DNA from: Cyanophora paradoxa CCMP329
Taxonomy: Eukaryota; Plantae; Glaucophyta
Reading direction: 5' to 3'
NCBI GenBank assembly: GCA_004431415.1
Contig: QPMI01000515.1
Coordinates: forward strand, 1-64,000
DNA length: 64,000 nt
The notes beneath the pieces were generated by a model. The model was not told the origin of the DNA, did not search any database, and was given only the letters and a program-made list of their open reading frames with translations. Both the position numbers and the translations under genes were made by a program. Below are positions 44,520-58,851 of this stretch, one piece after another. Numbering within the stretch: position 1 is the stretch's first letter; the number at the start of each line of letters is the position of its first letter.

Positions 44520-47500
44520 TTAACGTTGGCGAACGCAGCGGACGAGAGCGAGGAACTGGCCGCACCCGCCACGATGACGAGCACCGCGGCTATAATCTTC
44601 GGCCGCAGAGGTTCTGATCAGCCGCAATGGCGAAGCGCAGAGGGGCGCCAAGACTAAAAAAAAACCCATGAACCGTGAAATACGCCCCGGAGACTGTGCG
44701 CTCGTCGTCCGGCGGCGGGTGCGCGGGCGGCCGCGCGTCCGCGAGCTTTTTTCGCTGGAGGGGCTCGAGATCGAGCGGCGTGATCTTGACGCGACCAAAC
44801 CGAACAGATCTTGATGCGGATCCCCCGTCTTCCGCTGTGACCCGACCATCCTCCGGAGGGCTCGGCATGATCTCGGATCGCCCTGACTGCGCATTCGGAA
44901 TGGTTTCCTTGTTGGTGGCAGCAGGCGTAGTGGATGCCGATTCTTCGCCAGGACCCTTCGCAGCTGCAGGTTTTCCCACGTCTGCCTCGGACAGTTTGTG
45001 TCAAACGGCGCAGAAAGATCCAAAGAGGCATGCGCACCGCGGTACAAAAGGTGGAGGCGGCGGATGCGCCGCACGGAGGGGAAGAGGCGGATGCAGGCCC
45101 AGAGTGCGAGGCTCAGAACGGACGCGAAGAGCACAACGGCGGCCAACACAAAGAGGAACAGCCAATTCAGCGCTTCCAGCAGCGGTTCTTCCGACTCTAC
45201 CACCGGCTGTCTCAGCTGTGCACGCACACGTACGGCCGCGGTCAACATCATTGGAAATTGGAGGGAATTGAGCGGACGAGTCCAGAGCCGCACCGTCGCC
45301 CGTGTCAGGCCGAGGACGACCTCGTCGCTCTGCAGCTGCAGCCGCGGCGGCGCCTGCAAAAGGCTGCGCCCGATCCGCGCGGCCGCGCGCCCCGGTGCCT
45401 CCGCCGGCGTCGGCGGCGGCCGCGTCGGCAGCGGCCCCTCGAGGATGCGGCGCCCCGTCGAGGGGACGGGCAGGGAAGCTTCGGCAGAGCCCGCGGACGC
45501 CGTCTCCTCGAAGAAGCCGCGGACGGAAATGTCGACAGGCTCGACAGTGCCGACAATGCAGAGCGTGCCCTCGGGGCACGGCTGGCACTCCGCGCTGCCG
45601 AAGCCCTTGGCGTACGTGCCCCTCGGGCTGCACGCACGCGGCGTCAGCGATGCGTTGCAGAACGCGCATGCGCATCGGGGCTGATCTCTGTTAATAATAA
45701 TAGGCCGTGCAGTCTGAGAGCAGTTTGGCTTCACTATTGTCTTTGTTTAGAGTTCGGCGCACCATGCCGTGCAGTTGTCGACGCTGCCGTTGCGGAACGT
45801 GCCGGGGGGACACATGATGCAGACTGAGTTGGCTCGGTCCGAGATCCGCCCGTCCTTGCAGGGCTTGCAGTCGGCCGATCCGCTGCCCGAAACCGCGTTT
45901 CGTGGACAGCGGAGGCACTTCGTCGAGCCGTGAGGGCGGTAGTAGCCGGCTGCGCAGGGCAGGCAACCCGTCCGCGCCGGGTCGGAGACGTAGCCCGCGG
46001 AGCAGTTCTGCCGCACGTGAGCCGAGCTGTACATATGCATGTGTACGCTGCGTGTGGCCCCGGGTCCGCCGCACCGCGCACTGGGGCATGCCCGCCGCGG
46101 CTGCAAAGGAAGTCGGGCCGCAAGGCTGGCAGACGACACCGTCCAAGGGCACTCGCCCCGCGGGGCACGCTGAAAAATTCAGTTAGAAAAGCAGGGGGGG
46201 GGGGCGGGGGGGGGGGGGGGGGCGGGGATAGTTGTTAAATTCCACGCTGAATATTTAATTACGTGCGCGCACCCACACACTCGATGCTGTTCACGAAAGC
46301 AAAGGAAAGGAGTTTAGAAAAACGAAAATTCATTGGATCATCCCAGCAAATACCGGTCGGCACGGGGGATCAGGCCGGCAGGGCTGCGGATACCGCCGTC
46401 AGGAATCCGCGAGTGGCAGGTGATCAAGCGAAATTCGCACCAGCGGGCGCATCCGATAGATCCATACTCGGATTCGAAGGTCGCCTGTGAGATAAAGATA
46501 TCAGACGGGAGCTCTTCAAGGAAGAGACGAAAGCGAGCCCAGCGGGCGACACGAGTGTCGACGGGCGCGCAGAGTGCGAGGTGTGGGACAGCGACGCACC
46601 GGCGGGCAGGGCGCGCAGGACGGCATAGACTCGTTCCGGAAGCGGCCCTACGTCCAGCCGTGAGCACTAAATCGCGAGCCCGTCCGTCATGAACTGACCG
46701 GGAAGCAGGGGGAGCAGCTGCGTCCGTCCGGTGTCGACACAAAGCCCTGCGTACACCGCCGCCAAGTCGACGTCGCCGTCAGCCACGCGGCGGATGCCGC
46801 AGCCGAGCGCTGTCGGATTCGCACCGCCTCGCAGCGCTTGCACTCGTAGGCCTGCCCCGGCAGCCGCGCCACAGAATTCGTCGGGCACTGAAAAGGAAAC
46901 GGTTAATGTTTTATATACGCAGCGTTTGCGTTGCACGGTAACAGAGGCGCAGGGCGCACCGGCTCGCAGACGCCGCTGTTGTTGCGCATGAATTGGCCCG
47001 GCTCGCACGGGATGCAAGAGGTGCTGGAAGGAAAATCGAACGCGAGGTTAGGCGCACGACAAGAAAGAAACGAATGCGAGAAACTGATATCGATGGTCAC
47101 CTGTCTAACGAGGCGTAGCTGCCGAGGGGGCAGGCGCTGCAGTTGCCGTACGCGCCCCGATTGGAGTAGAGCCCCTGCGCCGCAGCACGCGTTCGTTTGC
47201 AAGCGATGTACGATTTGGGACAGCCGGACGGAATCGAAGGCGGCTCACGTATCGGCAAGGAACGCATACGTTCTACGAAGTTGACCGGCCGCAGGGCCGG
47301 GCAGGAAGAACTCAGTGATTTATGCAACGAAGAAGCACATATACATAGATGAGGATGGCGGATCGCACCTGATCGATTGCCTGGTACGTCCCCGGGCGGC
47401 ACGCGAAGCACGCGGTGCGGTCCTCGTTCGACACAGTCCCTGAAAGAGAGAGCCGATTAATAACATAGGGCTCGTTTTGCTTGTGGAAAGCGAAAAAAAT

Positions 47501-50500
47501 CGAATTACCGTTCGCGCAGGTTTCGCAGCTCGTCGATTCGGCATGAAACGCGACGGAATGCTGCGATGGACACGAATGTAAAGAGAAGGCGAGGCCGGCA
47601 TCAAATGGAGGGGCGCGCCTCGGGACACTGCCAGCAGGTCCCGTTCAGCTCGAAGTACCCCCGCTCGCATGGCCTGCGCGCATGGCCTGAGTCGCAGGGC
47701 CGGGGCGAATCTTTGAGGTCAAGTTGAGAGGTTTGGCGAACCTGCACTCCGTTCGGTCGTCACTGCTCTCCGTCCCAGGCGGACTGAGCAATGCTAAGGG
47801 ATTAATTGAAAGACCGATGTACTAGTAGTGGAATTTTCGGGCCCACCAAGGCGTGCACTGCGTGGCGCCCTCGCGTGGCGTGTATGAGCGGAACGGGCAC
47901 AGGCGGCACGACTCGTTGCCCGGCTGCCGGTAGGTCCCTTGCGGGCAGGGCTGCAACGCGAAGGCGTTGAAAACAGCGGCCAAGCGCAAGCGTCCAGAGA
48001 GCACGACGCACGAGGCAGTTCTCACGGTCGGGCGAGGCGAAGTAGCCTGCCTCACAGGGCTGGCAGGAGGTCGCCCCCACCGCCGGCGTCACGGAGTTGG
48101 GCGAGCATCTGCTTCTGTGAGCTGCGGAGCAGAGCAGCATGCAGAGGAGAGCTTACGTCACGCAGGTCTTGTTGCGCTCGTTGCAAGGGGGGAAAGAAGA
48201 CCGAAGGTCTTCCCCCCTTGCTTCCCGTTCCCTCGCTTCAGCCAAAATTTCTTCTATGAGGCCGTTTTCGAGGTCCAGTTTGCAACGCGGGAAAAAATGG
48301 GCCGAAATTCGGTTGCAGCGACACGTGTTTGTCGCTGCGGCCGTCCATGCAAAAAAAGGTTTTCGAGGGCGAAGACCAGTTTTCGTTGACTTGAAGCCTG
48401 GAAACCAACTTCTCTCTCATTCCGATCTTCGAATTCCTTCCGCGGTTCTAGCGAAGACCAGTTTTCCTCGACTTGAAGCCTGGAAACCAACTTCTCTCTC
48501 ATTCCGGTCTTCGAATTCCTTCCGCGGTTCTGCATGGAACCAGTTCTCCCTATAGCTAGCTGTCTCCTGTAGATTTCGGCTTCCTCGCAGTGCGTCGCGT
48601 ACGCCTTGCTCTTCGTTGCGCGGTTCTGCATGGAACCACTTCTCCCTAGCTGTCTTGCTCGATCTCCTCTAGATTTCCACTTCCTCGCACTGCGCCGCGT
48701 ACGCCGCACGGAATTTCTTAAAAATTCTCCCTAGCTGTCTTGCTCGATCTCCTCTGGATTTCCACTTCCTCGCAGTGCGCCGCGTACGCCGCACGGTACC
48801 CGTGCCGCCTGATCTACTTTTGACTGCATCAAGATTGCACCGCAGCACGTGCACCGAAGCACGCGCAGCCCGTGGGCCGGATTGGCCCGTACCGCGTAGC
48901 TTTTCCTCGCGATCCAGCCTCTGCCCGCAGCCGCATCGCTGCGCCGACCTCGTAGCTCGTTGGCGCCCCGGCCGCTGTCCCTTCGCGCCGGGCGGTCTTG
49001 CGAGCTGACCAGCTCTTGCGAGCGCATCAGCGGCAAACCGATCGCGAGCGTTCGAGTTGCATGTTCGTGCCACTACTACTCTTTCATTACATCCCGATTC
49101 CCCCCTTGCACCCCCGGCGCGCCAAAACGCGGCCGGGCCACTAGTACGTGCCGCTGGGGCACGGCTCGCAGCTGCTCCGATCCGCGGTGCTGATCGTACC
49201 GGGTGCACACGCCTTGCAAACGGGCGCCCCACCGACACTGTACGTTCCTGCGCGGCTGTGTGATCAGAAAGAAAGGCCTGGTAGTGCAAACCTCAGACGC
49301 AGCGGACCCCACGGGCAGGCTGCGCAGCTCGGCATTCCAGCGGCGCGGTACGTCCCGGGCAGGCAGGCGTCGCAGCGCTGGCGGTCGGCGCTCGGGAACG
49401 TGCCCGGCTCGCTGCGCCGTGCGGCAGAATTCGAGCGCCCATCAGACTCGAAGGAAGAGCAGACGACGCGCTCTAATATTACGATTCGCACCACTCGATG
49501 CACTCCGAGGCGGCGTCGAGCGGGTTGTACGTGTTTCCGGCGCAGGTCCGGCAGCTGCGGTCCACCTCGATGTTGCCCTTGCCGCACGGGATGCACTCGT
49601 CGCCCGGCGCGTTCGGCACGGTGCCGCGAGGGCAGACGGTGTACAAGGCGGACGCCTGGATAGGGCGTGGTTGCACAGTTAGAGTCGCCCAAAACAAGAG
49701 CGCGAGTTCAGACGGACCTGCATGGCCACAGTGCCGTCAGGTACCACCCTGCAAGCGATCATCGTGCCGTTTCGGAACGTGCCGCTCGGACAAGCTGCGT
49801 GGGAGGAAATCAGTGCTAACAAAGATTCGCTTAGCAGCCAAAAGAACGCACGGATGCAGCTCTGGCTGTCCGCAGCAGAGACGGTGCCGGCAGGGCAGGC
49901 GGAGCAGGAACTGAGGCCCGGCCGGCTCGTGTGCGTGTTGACGGGGCACTCCTCGCATGCATCGCGCCGCTGGGCGGTGCCTGTACGTCGTAGTGAGATA
50001 AGACATGGCGCGGGAAAAGAAGCGTTCCGATCCGCACCCGCGGGGCAGGGTATGCATGCGCTCCTCTGCTGGTCGGGCACCCAGCCCGACGCGCAGCCGA
50101 TGTACGCGGGCGACCCCAGTGGCGCGACGGACCGCGCGGGCACAATCCTGCAGACCGACATCGACGCCGAGCGGTACGTGCCGGCCTCGCACGGGAGGCA
50201 GAGCTGCGCAGCGTTGATGTAAATTTCGGGAATCGGAGGAAATGCGGAGGCCGCGAGCCTGGGAGTCCGTGGAAGAGACGGTGCCCGGGCTGCACTCGGT
50301 GCACTTCGTCTGGCCCGGCAGGCTCGCGACGTGGTTCAGGGGGCAGCTGCCGGAAGGAAAAGGCAAAATTCGATAGGCGCCGGCCACCGAGAATTCCGCG
50401 AAATTCGAAATGGACGCACGGCTCGCAGCTCTCGTCGACCTGGTACGAGCCCGCAGGGCACTGAACGCACTGGGCCTTCGCGCTGTCCGGTATCGTGCCG

Positions 50501-53500
50501 GGGAGGCACACGGTGTAGTTCTCTGATCCGCGCAGCGCCACCGCGCCCCGTGGCGCAACCGTGCACTTGAGCTGGTCCGCCTGACGGTAGAAACCTGCCG
50601 GCGAGTCAGAATGCTTGAATGCGGATCGCGTTTCCATTCAGGGAAATGAATTCATAATTACCTGCCCGGCATTCTTTGCAGGTTTGGAGGTTTTCGGCAG
50701 GGACTGTGCCCGGGCGGCAGAGCGTGCATTCTGTGCTCCCGGGCTGAGAGGACACTTTCAAGAGGGGACACCTGCGAGACGTTCGTCATCAGAGCTTGTC
50801 GATCGAGACTCAATTAAATTTGGTATTGCAACGAGGCCTCACCGGCGACATTCGTCGTTCACTTGATACGTCCCTGAACAATTGCAATCACAACATAAGC
50901 ATGTGCATCGCAAATAAAAGAGACGTCGACAATATGGATTCTTAAATCATCGGCAGCGATCGCACCGGCGGGACAGACGATGCACTCGCTGAGGGCGGCG
51001 TTCGGCACCGATCCGCCGCTGCAGTTCGTATACATGGCCGACCCCAATCCCGCGACGGCCCTTGGGGGCACCGGGATGCAGCTCGACGAGTTCGCGTGGC
51101 GGAAGGTGCCTGCAAATTGAATCGGCTGTTACTAGATACCATGTTCGAGTTCTCTGTCAAGCGAATTTACCTTCGCCGCACGGGACGCATTTCTGAAGAA
51201 AGAACGTCAATGAACAAGCCGAAAAAAGTGGCGAGCCGGACTGCACCTGCGAGTCGGTGGAAGACACGTAGCCTGGAGCGCACGCTACGCAGGCGGCTTT
51301 CCCCGGAACGCCGTTGACAGTGTTGAGAGGGCAGCTGCAAAGTTGACAGTGAGCAAAAGCATTTCGAGGGCCGGCCGCGGGATGCATATAGGTGAGAAGA
51401 CGATCTCGAAATCGCACCGCTCGCATATCTCCCCAACTTGATACGAGCCGGAGGGACACGCCCGGCACTGCTCCTTTGCCGCGTCGGGGATCCATCCCGC
51501 CGAGCAGTCGGTGAAGTTTGCAGAGCCCGGCAGGGCGACGGCACGGAAGGGGACGGCCGTGCAGACGAGCATGTCGGGCGCGCGGTACGTTCCGGCGCCG
51601 CAGGGGACACAGGATTGGAGGTCGTCGGCGGGGACGGTGCCCGGGCGGCACGGAGCGCAGGAGGTGCTGCCGGGCGCCGAGGAGATGGTGAGGATCGGGC
51701 AGCGCGCGCAGGCGTCCTGCTGCTGGTACGTCCCCGGGCTGCACGGCGTGCACTCGCTCTTGGCCCTGTTGCGAGTCCACCCGGGCGTGCAGTTCGTGTA
51801 CTGCTCCGAGCCCTGGAGCGCAACCGCCTCCTCTGGCACGGGCGTGCACATCTTGAAGCCGGCGGGGCGGTACGTTCCCGTGCCGCACGGCACGCAGGTC
51901 TGCACGGCGCTCGAATTGGGTGAAGCCAAACGGCGGAAGCTGCTCATGAACCAAAAGGCTAATCGCACCTGAGAGTCGAGCGCCGAGATCCACCCCGGCT
52001 CGCACGGCCGGCACTCAGTTTGCCCTGGCTGGCTCGCAACCGAGTTTAGAGCGCAACTGCGCATCGTTGAGCTCAGCGACGCGTTTCGAAAACTTGGAAA
52101 CACAGCGAAATCGCACCGCTCGCACGCCTCGCCAACCTGCGCGAAGCCCGCGGCGCACTGGACGCACTGCTCCTTGGCGCCGTCAGGCACCCAGCCGGGC
52201 GCGCACTCCGTGTAGCTCCATGCTCCCCGCAGAGACACCGCACGGAATGGGCTGCAACAAATTTATTCAGAGGCCACGCCGAGATTCGTGCACAAGAATA
52301 TCGGCGCTTACACGGCGGTGCAGATCTTCAGACCCTCATCGCGGTACGTCCCTGCCGGCCGCAATCGTGAGACGCAGGCCGGGTTTGCATGGCGAATCTC
52401 GAAGGAATAGAGCGGACCTGATGTGCAGGGCACGCAGGACTGGACGTCTTCCGCCTGTACGTGGCCCAGCGGGCACGGCTCGCACTCGGTGCTCCCGGCC
52501 GAGGACGCGACCGTGAGGAGCGGGCAGCTGTGCACGCAGAGAAATCAACTTTGTTTGAGAGGGAAATGTAGAAAATGGCACCGCTCGCAGGCGTCGCGGA
52601 CTTGGTACGTGCCTGCGTGCGATATTGATCAGCGCAGTCCCGAAAGTTGGGTCAAGTATTTGCGTACCAGCGGGACAGACGAGGCAGTCCGTCCTCGCGA
52701 GATTCGGCACGGAGCCTGGCGAGCAATACGTGAAATTCCAGGAGCCCTTCAGCGCGATGGCTCGCTCCGGAACGACAGCACAGCTGAGCATGCCGTCGGC
52801 GCGGTAGGTGCCTGGCCGATCGCACGCACGTCTCTCGTGAGTGCGAGTTCGAACCGACTCCGAACGTCAACGCGGCTCAACGCTCGCACCGGCCTGGCAG
52901 AGCTCGCACGACTGGCTGTCTGCGGTGGCCACTTGGCCTCGGGGGCACGGGGAGCACATGTACTGTCCCGGCGCCGAGCTAATCGCGTGTAGCGGGCACC
53001 TGTTTGAAATATCAATAGATTGAGCGCTAGGCACGACGCTTCGAAATCAAGTCAAGCCTGGCCTGCAGCTGACCTTTCGCACGTATCGTTCTTCTGGAAG
53101 CTCCCTGCAGGGCACTCCACGCACTCGGTGCGCGCGGGGCTCGGCACATAGCCCGCGAGGCACTCTATGAACGCCTGTGCGCCCTGCAGCGCAATGGATC
53201 GCTCCGGCGCCGGGACGCAGGCCGTCATGTTTCCTCCGCGGTACGTTCCTGTACGAACTCGTGAGGCGCGCTAGCAAAAGGTTTCGAGGCGCATTTGAAT
53301 TCGGTCTGCCCCTCACCGGCGCCGCAGGGCACGCAGGACTGCGAGTCGGCAGCGGCGACCTCGCCGAGCTTGCAGGGCGTGCACGCTTCGAGCCCGGCGG
53401 AGCTGGTGACCGTGTTGAGGGGGCACTTCTCGCAAGTAGCCACGTCGCTTCCCGTCGCCACAGTGAAGAAGGTGCCGGCTGCAGGGCCCTCATATGAGAT

Positions 53501-56500
53501 GCAAACAGAACGTGCGACGAAACAACGACGGCTGCGCGCTGACCAGGGCACGCGATACAGTTCGCCTTGTCTTCAGTCGCCACCTGTCCGCGGGGGCACT
53601 CCGTGCAGTTCGACCGCCCCGCTTCGGGCGCGATGCTGTTGCCGAAGCAGCGCAGGCACTCCGCCCCGTAGGCAAAGTAGCCCGGCAGACACGGCTGGCA
53701 CTCGACGCGCGAAATAACGCTCACAGTGCCTGCGCGAGCCATATGGGCTTAAGCTTCATCCGCGTCCACGATACAAAATATCACGGTGCGCACCGTTCTT
53801 GCAAGGCGCGCACTGTCCGAATGTGCCGGGAGTCGATGCATACGTGAGATCGGGGCACAGGATGCAAGCAGTGCGGTTCTCTCTTTGGTACGTCCCGGCC
53901 GGACTGTCGCAGGAGAGCAGCGTCATGCTTTCAGGATAAGATCGAAATCCATCAGGCGAGCACACCACTTTTCGCAGTGCGAAGCATCGGCCGAAGGCAC
54001 CTCTCCTTGTCCACAGTAAGAACACGAGCCGACCGTACCTGCGCAAATAATTTGAATATGCTTAAGCTTCGATGGTTAATAATTTGAATATGCTTAAGTT
54101 TTCAGAGACGGACCTCTCGAGGCCCACGTCTGGGCCGGGCACGCCAGGCAAACAGTCGCTCCGGTGTAAGGCAGGTACGTTCCTGGCTCGCAGACTGCGC
54201 ATGCACGCGCGGACATGAGCGATCGTATGCAAAGATGACGCCATCGCGAAACAAGGGTGGCCAGGCCGCGCACAAAGACACTCGGAGGTCCACTTGGTCG
54301 TTCGGGTGAACGCGGTGGCCGGACAGGGCGTGCAGGGGGCGCCGTCCGTGAGGGAGTACGTGTTTTGAGGACAATCTGCAAATTAAACAATACCGATCAG
54401 AGCTGAAGTCACGTAAATCATAACAGGACGGAGAGAGCGCACCGTAACATGACCCGGCGCCCCTTTCACTGTACGTTCCGGCGGGGCAGACTGCATGGCC
54501 ATGGCGAATGGCGTCAGTCGTGACGAATAAGGGAGGAATACCGCGAGAGGGCGGGGCGGGCCTGTGCACGACGTTGCGCCCTCTTCAGAGAAGGTGCCCT
54601 CGGGACACACATCCGCCTCGTCAGCGCTGATCACGCCCGTCCTGTTCGAGTAGAGACCTGCACGGAGCCTCATTAAAGAATACTGAACCAGCTTAGCTGC
54701 CAGATCCAAGTGGCCTATAAATAGGTACCTGGAGGGAGCGGCATGCAGTCCGGGTCGGCCGTGTCCCAGAAGACGGAAGGGGCGTTGAACGTCTGCCCGG
54801 CGGGGCAGTTCGTGTAGATTTTGATGACGCGCGCCCTGCTCCAGACGTGAGTCAAAATGGAAGCTCGAAAGAGCGGCACCGAGCGCTCACGCACGGCTGC
54901 TTGTTGTATAGAACGATGAAAGGGGACTCGGGGAAGGGCAAACGGTAATCGAACGATTCAAGTGTGCTGTGAGGAGCAGAGAGCAGAGACGTGAGCGGAG
55001 TTGAATGAAGCGCGAGGGAAAGCGCAAAAGTGGGCACCCCAAATCGTCGGTGACGTACCCGCCGCTGTGAGTCGGTCAGCAAGCTGCTCGTAAACACAAG
55101 ATTTATAGAAAGCGGGCTTGATGCGAACCCTATGTTCTGGTAAAAGTCTTTGATCGCCACACGCACAGGACCCATCGCATCGCCTTCAACATTTTCAATC
55201 TGCTACATATCAGCGTTGTTGTAGAGCAAAACCTTCCGGCCAATAAATTTCAAATATTAATGCACCTTCAAAAGCTCGGCGGGGCCTGTGGAGGACACGA
55301 CGATGTTGCGCAGGCGGTTTTCGGGGAATGTGAAAACCTCTTGGTCCGAGAGGTACTGCTGGCAGTCCGTGTCCTCCGCCGTGTGCCTCTGGCGGACGAC
55401 GAAGAGGGAGCCCCGCGAGTAGACCGCTGCCCGGACCGAGTACCACTCGCTGAGGCTTGGGGCCCAGCCCTCCGGCTGCAGACGCAGCCTCCCGCTCACC
55501 TCCCCGCCGATCCCGCTCTCAAACGTTCCGGGGCGCCTGTCGGCCATATCAGAGAGGCTCTCGCACTGACGCAAAGCAAGCAGCACCTGAGCCGGATGAT
55601 CTCTGCGCAGCATCGAACGCGCACATCGAACGCGCAAAGACAGTCAGTCAGGAAGGGCAACGCGGGCCGCGCGCGCACCGTCGCCCAGGACGTAGTACGA
55701 GAAGGGCCGCCCGTGTCCCTCGACGAACTTGCCCTCCAGGGCGCCGATTCCGTAGCCCGCCTCACTCGCGTGGCCGTTCTGGACGATGCAGGACTCGGCG
55801 AGGGGCACCGAGCGCTCCGCGATGGGCACAGGCGCGCGGCGCGGCGCGGCCACGGATCCCGCCAGGCTCCAAGACCAGAGGGCGATCACGTGCTTAACGG
55901 TCGAGGGGCAGACGCCCCGCACGCGGGCCGCTGAGCACTCCTGTTGAAAGAACGGAGTCCTGCCAACACATGTTGCGTTAGCGTCGACGCCAAAGACATA
56001 ACGAATCGCGATCGCGAGCTTGGCGCGCCTTGAGATTGCATGGTACGCCAAGGGCCCGCTCGGCTCGACGCGCCCGTCCGCGGTCATGGCGTGGACCGCG
56101 GGCCCTACCGGGATCCTCTCCGGCAGCACGACGTACCCCGAGAACTCCGGTCTGTCGATGAACGCCACGGGATCTCCGCCGGGGTACACGCCCGTCGCGT
56201 CGGCCGTGTACCCCGCCGGGGCCAGGGCCGCCAAGGAGTCTCGCATGGGAAGGGGGACGGCCCCCGAGAATCTGCAGAGCAGGATGCGAGGCTCCACGTT
56301 CACGCTGACAACGATTGCGTTGGCAGGTACAACGGTCGCGTTGCTTAGGGGAATTCCGTCCAGTTCCAAGTGCACCCGGTAGCTTGCCGCAAAATACGCT
56401 ATGCCCCGTTGCCTGCGACGAAGTATTCAAAGCAGTTTTGCATATAATAATAAGATATTCTGGCGTTTGCTCACCAGAACGAGAAAATCGCGGTGTGGGA

Positions 56501-57870
56501 CAGGAAATCGGGCCACGCGGGGCCGAAGAAAGGTCTGCAGAACAGGGGCGCGGTATCGAACTTGAACAGACCCCATGCGCTCTGCCGCCGCCGGAGTGTG
56601 GCGTATCCATTGACGTCTGTGTGGTACAAGTACCCCGTATTTGCTCTTGCGTCGTATCCCGCTTGCGCCGCGTTCGGCGTGGACAGTATTAAGTTGCCGA
56701 ACGCCGCAATCCCGTTGATCCTGTGCATGTACATGTGCGCAGGAGCGAACTCAGCATTAGCTGTATAAGAAATAGAAAACGCAGATCTAGGGGGCGCGCG
56801 CGAGGAACGAAGGCACCCTCCGAGGAGCTCTTCTGTCTTTCCGTCGAGCTTGTACGCCCCGATCGACAGATAGAGCGAGGCCTCCGCGTAAGCCCGGTAC
56901 CACCTGCGTGGGCAGAGCGGATGAAGATTAAGAAACAGGTGCGCGGAATCACTGGCCCGGCTCGCCTTTCATCTAGAGAGAAGCTCCGCCCCAGCGAGAC
57001 AAAGTTGTACGGGTCTGAGGCGCAGCCCGGCCACGTAGCCGTGGGCTGCTCGGGCCAATCCACGTTCTCGGTGTAGGGGTCTCCCGTCGCGTTGCAGCAG
57101 AGGCTGCAGCCTGCGCCCAGCGGTCATTGCCGAGCCGGCGCCTGCGGGCTGCTCGAACCAAGCCGCATGCGCAGCGCACGCACCCGAAAAAGCGAAGGAA
57201 AGAAGGTTGAGGGCGCGCCAGTGGCCGCAGCCGCGGATCGTGCCGGCGCCCAGCGCTCCGGACGAGAAGAAAAGCCGCTCGGTCCTCTCTGTGTCGGGAA
57301 CTCTGAAGCACCGCGACGCGTAGAGGGGAATGCCGTCCCCTCCAACTCCGACAAGGCCGCCCGCCGGCCAAGGCAGCCGGGCCAGGCCGTTGCTCTGGCC
57401 GGCCCACGTCGCTGCGCTCCGCAGGAATCTGCCGTCGCCCGCCCGCGCCGGCCGCACGTCGATGTCCTGCCCTCGGTCGGCGAGAGTTCGCCGGCTCGCA
57501 AGGAAAGTAGAGGCTCTAAATCTCACCCGGCCCGGAAAAGGAGTGGACGTCGTGAAAGCAAAGTCAACAGGATCAACGTCCGTCAAGTATCCAAAGGTTT
57601 TCTGCCAGATAGAGATCGTCGGATCCGGACAATCGGTCGCATAAAAATCTATAAACAGAGCCCACCGTAGAGTAGAAAGGCCCGGTCCAGCTGGGCAGGG
57701 ACGGGATGGCCCTCATGAAGCGGACGGAGTTTGCCTCCAGATTCCACTCGCACACGACGAGGTTGTCGTCCAGGTCCCGGGCCACGACGAGGAGGCTGGG
57801 GCCGCGCGCCCCCACGGGGTAGTCCCATGTCGCCAGCGGCGCCGCGAAGAGCGCAGCTGGGCGCTCCGCA
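44520..57870 (-). CDS. Host large multi-exon Cys-rich repeat (GCC2/GCC3, ephrin-receptor-like) single-pass membrane protein; disrupted at ~48.2-49.1 kb
   Basis: Dozens of C..C..GT(Y/F) repeats in exons from 45.5 to 54.8 kb; hydrophobic helix WLFLFVLAAVVLFASVLSLALWACI at ~45,100-45,165; non-repetitive N-terminal exons at 55-57.8 kb. Confidence 0.7.
48184..49144 (+). mobile_element. Non-autonomous rolling-circle (Helentron/Helitron2-like) element, ~960 bp
   Basis: 5' GCAAGGGGGG with an adjacent inverted copy (hairpin, GAA loop); internal ~82-bp x2 and ~86-bp x3 tandem repeats; 3' CCCCCTTGC subterminal IR, GC hairpin and CTAG end; no TSD. Removing it restores the exon reading GTYNERNKTC. Confidence 0.72.
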
Positions 57871-58851
57871 AGTTAGCTGCAGTGAGGGCGCTCGCTGAGA
57901 GAGCGGGCGCTAGCGGGGCGAGGGCGCGTGCTGAGCACTAAAGCTCGCGCGCGGGGGCTGGCAAGGGGGACCGGCGCTCATGCGCGTATGTATTCGAATT
58001 CGTATGCCGCGGCATCAATACATTTCCGCATCAGGGCGGCGCCTTGCAATGGCGCCTTAATGAATGAATGCCACGATGGATTTCTAGACCGTGCCACAGT
58101 GCCCGCGCCGCGGCTCGGGTGCACGCAGTACTGGTACCAGTGCCACGCACTTTTAAGGCCCGGGAGTTCATGACCTGCGCGCCGCGGCGTGCGGGTTCGA
58201 GCATGAGTCGTCAGGCGCGCGGAGGGGGCCGCCGCATGCATGTATTTAGCTACGTATATATATACACGCTTAGCTTTGCGAGCGCCCGCACGCGCGCGCA
58301 CCATTGTATGCGGCTCCGGCGAATGCGCTGCAATGGGCGAACACTACAGCTACTATACAAAGCCCGACAAGGCTGCTTCCGTCTGTGCAAAGGCTGCAGC
58401 TGCGCTCGCTCGCGCGTATACGTGTACGCGTAGGCATATGCATACAGACGGATCCGGAGCGCCAGGACTGCGCCTCCGCGCGCGCGGGTACGTTCCGTGC
58501 GCTCTTACCATGCATATGACCGCGGCGTACGCGTGCGGCGGATCATATGCACCGCTAAGCCGCGCGCTGTTCGACGGTCGCTTTGCCTCACTGCCCCAGT
58601 GCCGCTGTTCGGGCCTGGTCCTCACTGCCCCAGTGCCCCCGCACAGGGCCGCACTGCCGCAGTGTCGCACTAGTACGGCGGCACTACTAGGCTAGTACTG
58701 GTGAGAGCTCTCAGAGAGTCAGAGTCTCTCTCTCGAGTCGGCGGCGACTCGGCGCGCGGCGCGGCGGCGCCGCCGCGCGGCGGTACTACTAGTACTAGTC
58801 CCGCCGGGACTCCCGTCCGGTCCCGCCGCCGCGGGCCCACTGCACTGTGAG

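Noticed and set aside
42500-44600. Coding-like plus-strand fragments, a duplicated GAGCTTTATGA.AAGGT.CTG word and a 20-bp palindrome (42850-42869)
   Set aside because: No coherent gene model or recognisable domain could be built; possibly a decayed gene or element.
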